The notes beneath the pieces were generated by a model. The model was given only the letters and a program-made list of their open reading frames with translations. It was not told the origin of the DNA and did no database searches. 64,000 nt of DNA from a virus. Its lineage: Duplodnaviria; Caudoviricetes. Shown here piece after piece: positions 27,455-36,279 of this stretch (the first letter of the stretch is position 1; every line of letters begins with the position of its first letter). Both the position numbers and the translations under genes were made by a program. The DNA lies in IMG/VR virus record IMGVR_UViG_2910942425_000008, positions 12,672-76,671 of that record; one strand, 5' to 3'.

Positions 27455-28427
27455 TTTTCACAACAGTTTTAATCAGGTTCAGCGAATTACAATATTTTGT
27501 CCAGCCTATCCACGCACAAATGGCTATCCGGTACTCTTTTGGTGTGATGTTTTTATACTTATTCAACTTCGCTATACGCCTGCAAAATTTCTTCTTGATG
27601 CGTTTGCGTAGCCGAGTGTGGGTATGGTAGAAAACATATCCGACAAAGTCGATACCGCGAGCTGTGACAGGAAATACTTGGAAATTATCTTTAAGTTCGA
27701 GTTTCAACCTGTCATTCAGATATTTCCCTATTTCTATCTGTAAGTCATGCAAATAGTTTTTATCATCGCTCAATATTACCATGTCGTCTGCGTACCTGTA
27801 ATAGTATTTTACTTGTTTCTCCTCTTTCAACCAGTGATCGAAATAAGACAGATACAGGTTAGCCAAAAATTGAGAAAGGTAATTCCCGATCGGCAAACCG
27901 GGTGCAGAGTTGATAATGTCATCCAAAAGGTTCAATAGCCGTGCATCCTTTATTTTCTTTCTGACTATTAATTTCATTACTTCGTGGTCAATAGATGGAT
28001 AGAACTTTCGTATGTCCATTTTCAGACAGTAACTTGTATTTTCACTGTCTTTTAAATCACGTTTGATGTGCTTTAATGCACCATGAATCCCCCTGCCTTT
28101 GATGCAGGAATAAGTATGCGAAATAAATACAGATGCCCATATCGGTTCTAATATATTCATTATGGTATGTTGCACAACCCTGTCGCGGAAAGGAAGCCGG
28201 TATATTATCCGTTCTTTCGGGTCGGTAATTGTAAATACATCATATTCCGATATCGTATAAGTTCCATTTATCAAATCGTCTTGAATCATTTGCATGTTTT
28301 CAATCAGATTGCTTTCGAATTGTTTTACACCATAAGATTTTCCTTTGCCTTTCCTCGCTTTGCTATAAGCCAGATAAAGGTTATCGGCGTCACAGATTTT
28401 ATCATATAAATTCCCAAATCGCTTCAT
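27414..28427 (-). CDS. DGR reverse transcriptase
   Basis: MKRFGNLY start, RDRVVQH, MDIRKFYPSI, GLPIGNYLSQ, YADD; no En domain. Confidence 0.95.
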   Translation of the reverse strand: MKRFGNLYDKICDADNLYLAYSKARKGKGKSYGVKQFESNLIENMQMIQDDLINGTYTISEYDVFTITDPKERIIYRLPFRDRVVQHTIMNILEPIWASVFISHTYSCIKGRGIHGALKHIKRDLKDSENTSYCLKMDIRKFYPSIDHEVMKLIVRKKIKDARLLNLLDDIINSAPGLPIGNYLSQFLANLYLSYFDHWLKEEKQVKYYYRYADDMVILSDDKNYLHDLQIEIGKYLNDRLKLELKDNFQVFPVTARGIDFVGYVFYHTHTRLRKRIKKKFCRRIAKLNKYKNITPKEYRIAICAWIGWTKYCNSLNLIKTVVKNEEVLRTWHKATG

Positions 28428-28533
28428 ATAGCCTTTGTTTCTAATCGGAGCCTTCGGTTTCCCTACCAGCACCTTTTGAATTGTTATTTTTCGCCAAGGG
28501 GCGAGGCCTTTGCCTTGATTTTTTATCTTTACA
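28428..28533 (-). ncRNA. DGR spacer (3' part of template RNA) between TR and RT
   Basis: Non-coding; hairpin TCGCC/GGCGA at 28491-28504. Confidence 0.55.
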
Positions 28534-28611
28534 TAGGTGGGAGCTGCTCCCTGCATTCGCATTCGTATTATCGTAGTTCGAGTTGTTGAACGTGAAGGCC
28601 GCAGGAGAGCC
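28534..28611 (-). repeat. DGR template repeat (TR)
   Basis: GGCTCTCCTGCGGCCTTCACGTTCAACAACTCGAACTACGATAATACGAATGCGAATGCAGGGAGCAGCTCCCACCTA; six AAY codons, 21 adenines. Confidence 0.95.
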
Positions 28612-28638
28612 GACTCTAAGGCAAACAGCCCTTTTTCA

Positions 28639-29034
28639 TTATTTCAATTGCACTGCTTCCCATATTTCAGGGAATGTTTTACCGATGTGGTCGGACGCTT
28701 CACGGCTCAAAACGCGAAGGCGGGAGCAGCTCCCCGCAACCGCAAACGTAAGATCGCAGCGCGAGAAGAAGAACGTGAAGGCCGCAGGAGACATCCAAAA
28801 CCACGGTGTATATTTCCATTGGTTATGATTATTCCAGTCTATTTCACCTAGTCCACATTCACGTTCAATCTTACGAGCTGCCTCTACTATTACTTTCGCA
28901 TTATAGCAGGCTTCTTCATGCTCTCTCATATCTTCCGGATAAAATGAAAAGTCAATATGAGGGCGGCCTGTTTCGGCATAAGCATTATCTAATGTTTTTA
29001 GCCTTTCTTCGAGTAGTTGTTTTAAGTTTTTCAT
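28639..29034 (-). CDS. DGR target protein 1 (131 aa)
   Basis: Contains VR1; KYTPWF...SPAAF...SRL. Confidence 0.9.
   Translation of the reverse strand: MKNLKQLLEERLKTLDNAYAETGRPHIDFSFYPEDMREHEEACYNAKVIVEAARKIERECGLGEIDWNNHNQWKYTPWFWMSPAAFTFFFSRCDLTFAVAGSCSRLRVLSREASDHIGKTFPEIWEAVQLK
28717..28791 (-). repeat. Variable repeat VR1
   Basis: 75 bp, 17 mismatches to TR, all at TR adenines. Confidence 0.95.
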
Positions 29035-29064
29035 TGTGATAACTATTTTTCTTGATGTTATAAA

Positions 29065-29523
29065 TTATGATTCCAGATATTCACGATAAAAATCAATATG
29101 CTTTGTGCCTACGATTTTAGAGAGTTTCTCGCTTTTTAGGGCGAGGCGGGAGCCGCTCCCCGCAAACGCAAGCGAATTAACGCAGTTCGAGCCGCGGAAC
29201 GCGAAGGCCGCAGGAGAGCCTTGTGTCAGGAATCGCGGAAAATACCTCCACTTTGAACTATTATAGATATCCATTTTCTCCCCTTCGTTGTATGCCTCGG
29301 TCATCACAACGCATCGGTAGTATTTACGGAAGTGGTCGCGTAACCGCTCAGGTAGCTCTGTAAATTCAGGCGTATCTGGTAGTCCTGTTTCGGCGAGCAT
29401 ATCTTCCCATGTGTTGATACGCTCTGTGATGTCTTTGCCGAAAGTTGATTCTAATGCAGACTTCATACTGTCAGACGATTTGTATAATCCTCTGAGTTTC
29501 TGTTCTAATGATTTTGTTTCCAT
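29065..29523 (-). CDS. DGR target protein 2 (152 aa)
   Basis: Contains VR2; RYFPRF...GSPAAF...GSRL. Confidence 0.9.
   Translation of the reverse strand: METKSLEQKLRGLYKSSDSMKSALESTFGKDITERINTWEDMLAETGLPDTPEFTELPERLRDHFRKYYRCVVMTEAYNEGEKMDIYNSSKWRYFPRFLTQGSPAAFAFRGSNCVNSLAFAGSGSRLALKSEKLSKIVGTKHIDFYREYLES
29143..29220 (-). repeat. Variable repeat VR2
   Basis: 78 bp, 16 mismatches to TR, all at TR adenines. Confidence 0.95.
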
Positions 29524-29876
29524 AAGTTATTATTGGTTTAAATTGGTAATGATTCTAAAATTGCCAGTCCCTTCTAGTCTAACAAGCGCGTATCTGTTTC
29601 GACCTGTATCCGGCGTTTATCGGGATTCTGTCCCCCTGAAACCGCCAAAGGTTATTACATCGAATTGTACGAACAGGGGTATATCGTATGTACATGGTTT
29701 GGTTTTTCACCGCGGCACCATAAGCATAGCTTTTAGCAGTACATATTTTATCTTTTTTCTTGTCGCTTTCTTTTAAGAACTCACATATCGATTTAGAGAG
29801 AGAAAGCTTTTCAATACGTCAAAGAACTTGTCTTTGTGGCTACCCCTAACCGAATAGGGACGGTCTTACCTGTAGC

Positions 29877-30044
29877 CTAATATCTTTTTATTGTTGGTAC
29901 ATCATAGGCTATCTGCTCACTCAGTTTGCTCTGAATTCTATTGCATTTGTGGCAGCTGTGAAAGCATAGCCAGATGGAGATGAATAGTATAAGCCCAAGC
30001 GCTATATCAAAAAATTCGATCCGGGGTAGTCTCTTTTTTTTCAT
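29877..30044 (-). CDS. Small single-pass membrane protein (55 aa)
   Basis: MKKKRLPRIEFFDIALGLILFISIWLCF... Confidence 0.5.
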   Translation of the reverse strand: MKKKRLPRIEFFDIALGLILFISIWLCFHSCHKCNRIQSKLSEQIAYDVPTIKRY

Positions 30045-30207
30045 AAGTATTGTTTTTGTAGTTCGTATACATCTATCCGGCCGATTGATTCTTCTACTAT
30101 CATGCCTACCGCCTTGTCAGACAAGTAGGGCTTGTAATCGTGGATATCTAATTTTTGTACTGTCATGGTTGTATTAGTTTTCTGAGTTTATTGATTTTGC
30201 TGCATTA

Positions 30208-30609
30208 TTAAATTAGAAATGGATCTGTTTCAAGTCCTTTAGGACGTTTTGAGCGTCTCATTCTTGATGTTTCCGCAATCTCTATTCTTCTGTAAAAAGA
30301 TGTTGTTTCTTGAACTATATCAAAGCAGATAAGTGAAATAAATACACAAACGATTGTCGTTTTTATAGCATCTTTATTTTTAGCTATGAAAACCCTAGCC
30401 TTCTTTATGGCTATGCGTTTTGCATACAAAATGCTTAATTCGCTTCTGTTTCGAACACCTAACACATCAAATGCTGTCATTATCTGGTTGTTGATTGTAC
30501 ATAAGGCCTTAAAATATTTATCGGCTATTTCTTGCTTTTCCATTCCGGAAGCATAATCCTGCGAAACAACATCTACACGCTCAGTCAGTTCAGTAAATAC
30601 TCTTTCCAT
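30208..30609 (-). CDS. LuxR/GerE-type HTH protein
   Basis: ELTER...YASGMEKQEIADK...TINNQIMTAFDVLGVRNRSEL. Confidence 0.75.
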   Translation of the reverse strand: MERVFTELTERVDVVSQDYASGMEKQEIADKYFKALCTINNQIMTAFDVLGVRNRSELSILYAKRIAIKKARVFIAKNKDAIKTTIVCVFISLICFDIVQETTSFYRRIEIAETSRMRRSKRPKGLETDPFLI

Positions 30610-30633
30610 AATGTCGTGTGTTAGAAAGATTAT

Positions 30634-30897
30634 TTATGCTTCTCCCTTTGAATGATCTCTATAGACAATCGAAGTGTAGCCTTCCTCTAGTGTTCGCAAT
30701 ACAGAGAACTTTACTTGCCAGAACTCAATTTCTTTCAATAATCTAGCTTTATCATTATGCCTTAAAGCTTCTTGTCTTATCGATTGGTAACGATCTCTTT
30801 TTTCATCCTTAACATGAAGTATATCCCCCGGGTACTTTAGTTTTTTAAATAACCCCACGATGGTATCGCCTGGTTTTAACTCAATTTTCTTTTTCAT
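30634..30897 (-). CDS. Hypothetical protein
   Basis: 87 aa ORF. Confidence 0.65.
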   Translation of the reverse strand: MKKKIELKPGDTIVGLFKKLKYPGDILHVKDEKRDRYQSIRQEALRHNDKARLLKEIEFWQVKFSVLRTLEEGYTSIVYRDHSKGEA

Positions 30898-30959
30898 ACT
30901 TTAGCGATTGATTTATGTAGTATCTTAATGTTCTATCATTTATATTTTGCGCGGCTATA

Positions 30960-31457
30960 TTACATTTGATATATTTCATTTTCTTTATTTATACGTTCTA
31001 CCATTGCGCGAACTGAACTCTTAAGTTCTTCAATAAGCCTAGGTAATTCGTCATATTCTATATTATAAGCGTCTACATAGCTTCTATTATGGTCAATATC
31101 CACAAGCTCAATGCATCTATACTCAAAACCTCTAACTACTATACCTACTTCAATAGTTACGTTCATAAATTCTACTTCGATAGTTTCTTCTGTGTTGTAA
31201 TCGAAATAGTTTATTTTTTCTTCTATTTTTCCGAGAAGTAAGCTAAGGTTTGACAGAATATTATCCTCTTGATATTCAATAACCCTATCTTTTTCAAAGT
31301 ATCTTTTGTTCAAATACTTTACTGAGCGAGAGAAGATATTGTTAGGATTAATTCTGTCTACATGCCTGCGAGTAATGCCTAATACATTAGCCACTTCATC
31401 AATACTGTAAGCTTTGGCTATATCTATTTGTGGTTTTTTATAATCTTTAGTTCTCAT
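30960..31457 (-). CDS. Excisionase-like HTH protein
   Basis: AYSIDEVANVLGITRRHVDR. Confidence 0.65.
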   Translation of the reverse strand: MRTKDYKKPQIDIAKAYSIDEVANVLGITRRHVDRINPNNIFSRSVKYLNKRYFEKDRVIEYQEDNILSNLSLLLGKIEEKINYFDYNTEETIEVEFMNVTIEVGIVVRGFEYRCIELVDIDHNRSYVDAYNIEYDELPRLIEELKSSVRAMVERINKENEIYQM

Positions 31458-31463
31458 GGCTAA

Positions 31464-31949
31464 ATGATATTTATGTATTATTGTATGTTGTTTTTTATTC
31501 GTTACTTTTGTATTGTTATAAACTTATAGTGCAAATATCAAATATATTATTGGTATATGCAAATAAATTATTGGTTATTTTTATGGATTTCAATAATATT
31601 TTTGATAGAATTTCTTATATAATTGAAAAAGAGGGTCTTAATATATCTTCTTTTGCTAAGAAAATTGGGGTTGGGGATCAGACGATTAGAAATATAATCA
31701 CCTATCAGCGCAGTAATCCAGGATATGAGGTATTATTAAAAATAATCCAAACATTTAATTGGGTAGATGCAAATTGGTTGATATCCGGTGAATCCAAAAA
31801 AATGAGTGATTTGGCGAATGATGGGTGTTCAGAAGAATTAATAAAAACCAATCTAAACTTATCAGAAACCATTAAGAATCTCTCAGAAACCATTAAATCA
31901 TTAACCAATAAATCAAAGAGCGATTGAATATGATATTTATGTATTATTG
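31464..31949 (+). repeat. 20-bp direct repeats flanking the HTH gene
   Basis: ATGATATTTATGTATTATTG at 31464-31483 and 31930-31949. Confidence 0.8.
31583..31927 (+). CDS. Cro/C1-type HTH repressor (no peptidase domain)
   Basis: IFDRISYIIEKEGLNISSFAKKIGV...VDANWLISGE; start 31583. Confidence 0.85.
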   Translation: MDFNNIFDRISYIIEKEGLNISSFAKKIGVGDQTIRNIITYQRSNPGYEVLLKIIQTFNWVDANWLISGESKKMSDLANDGCSEELIKTNLNLSETIKNLSETIKSLTNKSKSD

Positions 31950-32011
31950 ACTTTGTTTTCTTATTTATTTTATCTTTGTAATTGTAATCGTATTGTTATA
32001 AGATTACGATA

Positions 32012-32063
32012 CAAAGGTAGTGAACTAGTTCACAATTCATATATAATTTGTGAATTTATTCAC
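32012..32063 (-). promoter_or_regulatory. Leftward early promoter with two operators
   Basis: TACCTTTG (minus) at 32012-32019; GTGAA-N4-TTCAC at 32020-32033 and 32050-32063. Confidence 0.7.
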
Positions 32064-32113
32064 ACGGTTAACTTTATTTAATACTATTCATTTTTTAACT
32101 TAAAATTAAGGGT

Positions 32114-32536
32114 ATGGAAAATGATAGATATAGGCTTGTGTTGCTTGAACATATAAAGGATAGAACGAAGCATAACGACAAGGAATTTAATCGTTTACTA
32201 TTGAACTACCCTGATTATGTGATTGGCAGATTTGATATAGAAAGAGACTTGCTAAAGAGAGGATTTTTAAAGTCTGTTGATTTGCGACCCGATCTACCCA
32301 ATCAGGATGATGATGGCAATTACATAGACTATAATAAAAGGGGAATAAAAAAGTATGAGACTATTACCACCGAAAGCGGCATAGCCTCATTAAAGAGCAA
32401 TATATTTTCATCAGAAATACTTGCTAAGAAAAGAGAAGAAATGCTTAGGCTTCTTGATATTGCTGTCAAGTGGTTTGCCGTCATTGGTGGTGCGCTTGGC
32501 TTGTATAGCTTCTTGCGTACATTCTTTTGCCTTTAA
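32114..32536 (+). CDS. Hypothetical protein with C-terminal membrane anchor
   Basis: WFAVIGGALGLYSFL tail. Confidence 0.65.
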   Translation: MENDRYRLVLLEHIKDRTKHNDKEFNRLLLNYPDYVIGRFDIERDLLKRGFLKSVDLRPDLPNQDDDGNYIDYNKRGIKKYETITTESGIASLKSNIFSSEILAKKREEMLRLLDIAVKWFAVIGGALGLYSFLRTFFCL

Positions 32537-32776
32537 CCTAATATAGTCTTTAATCAGTTCGGAATATGTCATTTGATGAGATTCAGTATGCAGGTAATTG
32601 CCTTCGTTATCTCTCAATATTATGACTACTTTTAATTTATCTTCTTTAATGAAATTGTATATATCTTTTGCATCGGCAGTGATATAATCTAAATTAAAGA
32701 AGTTGCATTTATTGGAAGCAATCTTAATGCATTCAAGCATTAAATCATGGTCAATTTCTGGGTGATTGTCATTCAT
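32411..32776 (-). CDS. Hypothetical protein
   Basis: MNDNHPEID start; 3' end overlaps an antisense ORF. Confidence 0.5.
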   Translation of the reverse strand: MNDNHPEIDHDLMLECIKIASNKCNFFNLDYITADAKDIYNFIKEDKLKVVIILRDNEGNYLHTESHQMTYSELIKDYIRLKAKECTQEAIQAKRTTNDGKPLDSNIKKPKHFFSFLSKYF

Positions 32777-32801
32777 AACTATAAATATTAAATTAAACGA
32801 T

Positions 32802-33020
32802 ATGAACAGATTTTTAGAACTAAGCATTGATGGAAATATAGCATTAATACAAGAGGATAGCATATCTTACATAGCTGTATTCAATGAAAAGACTAATATA
32901 TTTTTTATCGGAGGAGATTCCATAATAGTTGATGAATCCTTAGATTCAATAAGAAATATATTAACTAAAAGGAAGCCATCAACAAGAGATAGTATAGATA
33001 CCGGTGGGGTATTCTACTAA
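32802..33020 (+). CDS. Hypothetical protein
   Basis: MNRFLEL...IVDESLDSI. Confidence 0.55.
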   Translation: MNRFLELSIDGNIALIQEDSISYIAVFNEKTNIFFIGGDSIIVDESLDSIRNILTKRKPSTRDSIDTGGVFY

Positions 33021-33202
33021 TCTTCGTTAGCAATAGATTTGAAATTTGCATTAGCCTTTTCGTGGGCATCTATGTATTCTTTGACAATGGATGACAATTC
33101 TTTAGCGAAAAAAGCAAGACCACTGATCCCTTGTCTTTCAAATAAATTTACAGCTTCTTGTCTGGCTGCAATTTCAAGTTTAGTTTTTGTTATTGGCTCC
33201 AT
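33017..33202 (-). CDS. Hypothetical protein (first gene of the leftward operon)
   Basis: MEPITKTK; downstream of the 33311 promoter. Confidence 0.5.
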   Translation of the reverse strand: MEPITKTKLEIAARQEAVNLFERQGISGLAFFAKELSSIVKEYIDAHEKANANFKSIANED

Positions 33203-33310
33203 AATTCTAAATATTAAAACAGAAAGCAGCATACAAATTGGGATTGCATACTACTTTCAAGGTTTAAACTAATTTCTTAATTATTGCAATCGCCCTAATT
33301 TATCGTAATG

Positions 33311-33351
33311 CAAATATAACTATTAATCATTAATGCAGTGAATTAATTCAC
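33311..33351 (-). promoter_or_regulatory. Leftward promoter and CI-type operator
   Basis: TATATTTG (minus) at 33311-33318; perfect palindrome GTGAATTAATTCAC at 33338-33351. Confidence 0.7.
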
Positions 33352-33368
33352 ATTTTAACTATTTAAAT

Positions 33369-34007
33369 ATGGAACTTAACATAAAAGAACTAAGAGATAA
33401 ATTTGGAAAATCACAACAAGCGGTATCAAATGATACTGGAATATCTAGGGATAAAATAGCTAAATGGGAAACTACATCTCACAGACCTAAAACAGAAGAT
33501 TATATTAAATTAAAAAATTATTTCGAATCGCTAGCTAAAGAAGATGGAAATACAGATATTCCTTTAAAATTCTTACAAGCTGAAAATCAAGGTCAACCAA
33601 TACTTGATATACGTGTATGTGCTGGATATGGCATTGGATTAGAGGGTGATGAAAATAAAGTGATTGAGTGGGTAAATATTCCAAAGTTTAACGGCTGCTA
33701 TGGCGTTACCGTTTATGGAGATAGTATGTATGATAAATATAAATCTGGAGATATAATATTCGTTAGACCGATAGAGGGACGTAACGACTTTGACTTTGGG
33801 CAATGTTATGTAATAATCACAAGCGAAGATCGATATATAAAAAATATATATGAAAGTGGAAGGGGTGACGAATATATTACTATGACATCATATAACACAG
33901 ATATAAATCCTGATGGAAGGCGAAAGTTTCCAGATAGAGATATGCTTGTGGACGACATAAAATTTTTATATAAAGTAGCAGGGAAATTAACAAGAGATCA
34001 ACTATAA
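33369..34007 (+). CDS. CI-like repressor (HTH plus S24 peptidase)
   Basis: N-terminal HTH, CAGYG cleavage-site region, VYGDSM Ser, YIKN Lys. Confidence 0.9.
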   Translation: MELNIKELRDKFGKSQQAVSNDTGISRDKIAKWETTSHRPKTEDYIKLKNYFESLAKEDGNTDIPLKFLQAENQGQPILDIRVCAGYGIGLEGDENKVIEWVNIPKFNGCYGVTVYGDSMYDKYKSGDIIFVRPIEGRNDFDFGQCYVIITSEDRYIKNIYESGRGDEYITMTSYNTDINPDGRRKFPDRDMLVDDIKFLYKVAGKLTRDQL

Positions 34008-34018
34008 AAATTAACATT

Positions 34019-34414
34019 ATGAAAAAACTATTATTGTTACTTATACTTCCATTATTTTTTTCGTGTGGAGGAGATGATGAACAGGATCAAAACATAACGC
34101 CTAACCGAAAATATAAATATGTTATTTATAATGATCCTGACTACATTAATAAGTGTGATGTTTATGATATAGTAATAATAAATAATGATGCTTTCGGAAA
34201 ACTTGTTGATACAGATAAAATTGAGGAAATAAAGTTTGGTGAAAAATCGGATACAATATACACGAATGGATGTAATATTTTCTTTACTCATAAATACAAG
34301 GATAAAGACGGAAAAGAGCAATATGGACGGATTAAAAATGATATATTCATTGAGGAAGATTATCCTAATATTATAAGTCTATCCGGATTTCACGATGATA
34401 GAAAAAGAAATTAA
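34019..34414 (+). CDS. Lipoprotein
   Basis: MKKLLLLLILPLFFSC. Confidence 0.8.
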   Translation: MKKLLLLLILPLFFSCGGDDEQDQNITPNRKYKYVIYNDPDYINKCDVYDIVIINNDAFGKLVDTDKIEEIKFGEKSDTIYTNGCNIFFTHKYKDKDGKEQYGRIKNDIFIEEDYPNIISLSGFHDDRKRN

Positions 34415-34859
34415 CCTCATTTATAAATATTTCATCATGCTAACACTTTCATTCGGCAAATCTACATCGCCTCGTTATCGCGACGCCGTAAAGCTTGCAG
34501 AGAAATTCACCGGGTATAAAAATACAGGAGGTAAAATATCTGTGTTGCTATCAGTGAAAGAAGTATTTGAGAAGTGGGAGTATTTCAATCAATTGTTTTG
34601 GACTGCTGTAGATTGGAAAGAAACAACATTATCTTATGAAGATATGACTTATCATTCGCATACGGATAAAACACGTATTTTTTATGCTCTGCAAAATTCA
34701 CATTGGAAATGGATAAATTATGTAGAACAAAAGTTATCTTTGCAATTCAATATTTCGGAAGATAATCTTGATTTATCAAAATTGGATACTACGAATATTG
34801 ATGATAAAACAGCAGATTTGTTGATAGACTTCTATAGCATAAAAAAGCAGGGTTTTTAA
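34395..34859 (+). CDS. Hypothetical protein
   Basis: 154 aa (start possibly MLTLSFG). Confidence 0.65.
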   Translation: MIEKEINLIYKYFIMLTLSFGKSTSPRYRDAVKLAEKFTGYKNTGGKISVLLSVKEVFEKWEYFNQLFWTAVDWKETTLSYEDMTYHSHTDKTRIFYALQNSHWKWINYVEQKLSLQFNISEDNLDLSKLDTTNIDDKTADLLIDFYSIKKQGF

Positions 34860-34863
34860 ACTG

Positions 34864-35088
34864 TTTGTCGCTATTTTGTTACTTTGAAATATAACTTGTT
34901 GATTATGTATATAATACATAGTTCCGGTCGTGCTACTGGGAAACCCGCCTGGAAAGGCGGGTTTCTTTGTTTATAAAGGGTTTGAGGGTGTTTCTGTTTT
35001 CTGAAACTATCTATATTTTGTTACTTTTAGGACATTTTTTGTTACTAATTTGTTACCTTTGTTTTATTGGTAACAAAAATCAGTAACA
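34864..35088. other. attP-like region
   Basis: TTTGTTAC arm-like repeats at 34874, 35016, 35037, 35049 and inverted at 35069, on both sides of a TATGTAT/ATACATA inverted repeat and a core followed by a terminator. Confidence 0.6.
34940..34970 (+). terminator. Intrinsic terminator
   Basis: GAAACCCGCC/GGCGGGTTTC 10-bp stem followed by TTTGT. Confidence 0.8.
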
Positions 35089-35094
35089 CACGGT

Positions 35095-36222
35095 ATGGTT
35101 GGATTATCTATAAATTTTATTTTTGATGTAAAAGGTGTATCTAGTCTTGAAAAGCAGGGCTTGTTACAGATAGTTATAAGGCAAAATAAAACATCTCGGA
35201 GGAAATACATATCTACTGGTATCAGATTGTACAAAAATCAATTCTCAGATAAAAAAGGATTTACCTGTATTAACCATGAAAATGCAAAAGACGTTACGTC
35301 TACAGCATGGGAAATGTATAATAAAATAGAGAAGTTCTGTCTATCTGACAGATGCATAAAATGGGAAGATATAGAAAAATGGGATAAAGATAAAAACGAT
35401 CTTGACTCCGTTATTAAATTTATTGAATCGGAGATGAAGTTGCGAAATATGGAATATAACACTTTGAAGGCGCATGTTACTTTGGTGAATAAGTTAAATG
35501 ACTTCAAGAAGATAAAGATTTTCTCTGATCTAACCTATTCCAATATAACAGAGTTTGATAAATACATGCGAGACAAAGGTATTGGAAATGTTTCTATAAA
35601 TAAAAATCATTCTCTTTTCAATTTGTATATCAAAATAGCAATAAACAAGGATTTGATAGAGAAAAATCCATATAATAAATTCACTCCGCCCAAAGGGAAA
35701 AATAACGATCCTGTTTTTCTCACACAAGATGAAGTGGAAAATATTAAAAAAATATCAGGGCTTAACGATAAACTTGAAAAGGTCAAAGATTTGTTTATTT
35801 TCCAATGCTACACCGGTATGGCATATATTGATATGCAGGGTTTCTCAAAAAATAGTATTCAAGTTGTAGACGAACAAGAAGTCATTAGGAGTAGTCGAAC
35901 CAAGACGGATGAATCTTTTATTTTATTATTTCTGCCTGATGCAAAAAAAATAGCTGAAAAGTATAATTACAATTTACCTAAAATAAGTAATCAAAAATAC
36001 AATGACTATTTAAAATTATTGATTGCTCATCCCAATATTAATATAAATAAAAAGGTGACCTCTCACACCGCCAGACACACATTTGCCACATATCTACTAA
36101 ATAAAGGAATACCAATAGAAACAGTATCCAAAACCTTGGGGCATGCAAGCATAAAGCAGACACAGTTATATGCCAGATTGTTAGGCAAGAAGGTTATAGA
36201 TGACATGAAGAAATTATTATAG
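35095..36222 (+). CDS. Tyrosine integrase
   Basis: Arm-binding N-terminus, RTKT, HTARHTFAT, LGHASIKQTQLYA. Confidence 0.95.
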   Translation: MVGLSINFIFDVKGVSSLEKQGLLQIVIRQNKTSRRKYISTGIRLYKNQFSDKKGFTCINHENAKDVTSTAWEMYNKIEKFCLSDRCIKWEDIEKWDKDKNDLDSVIKFIESEMKLRNMEYNTLKAHVTLVNKLNDFKKIKIFSDLTYSNITEFDKYMRDKGIGNVSINKNHSLFNLYIKIAINKDLIEKNPYNKFTPPKGKNNDPVFLTQDEVENIKKISGLNDKLEKVKDLFIFQCYTGMAYIDMQGFSKNSIQVVDEQEVIRSSRTKTDESFILLFLPDAKKIAEKYNYNLPKISNQKYNDYLKLLIAHPNININKKVTSHTARHTFATYLLNKGIPIETVSKTLGHASIKQTQLYARLLGKKVIDDMKKLL

Positions 36223-36279
36223 AATGCGATAAACCGCCCTACTTTCACAAGCAAGACGGCTGCCAATAGAGAATTAATA

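Larger units (their letters stand above)
27134..29523 (-). mobile_element. Diversity-generating retroelement (two targets, TR, RT, small downstream gene)
   Basis: TR differs from both VRs only at adenines; RT adjacent. Confidence 0.95.

Noticed and set aside
27414-28427. RT as a group II intron or retron
   Set aside because: Short RT with no maturase/En domain; adjacent TR/VR with A-only mismatches define a DGR
28428-28562. 45-aa N-terminal extension of the RT in the ORF track
   Set aside because: It runs through the TR and spacer; MKRFGNLY at 28427 is the typical DGR RT start
28537-28851. Plus-strand ORFs with duplicated peptides (EGRRR, NVKAAG)
   Set aside because: Antisense by-products of the TR/VR1 duplication
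29100-29142. DGR target-recognition hairpins downstream of the VRs
   Set aside because: Only 3-4-bp stems (GAGA/TCTC here; CCGA/TCGG after VR1), too weak to call
34921-34937. tRNA gene
   Set aside because: At most a 3'-end-like fragment; no cloverleaf found here or elsewhere in the window
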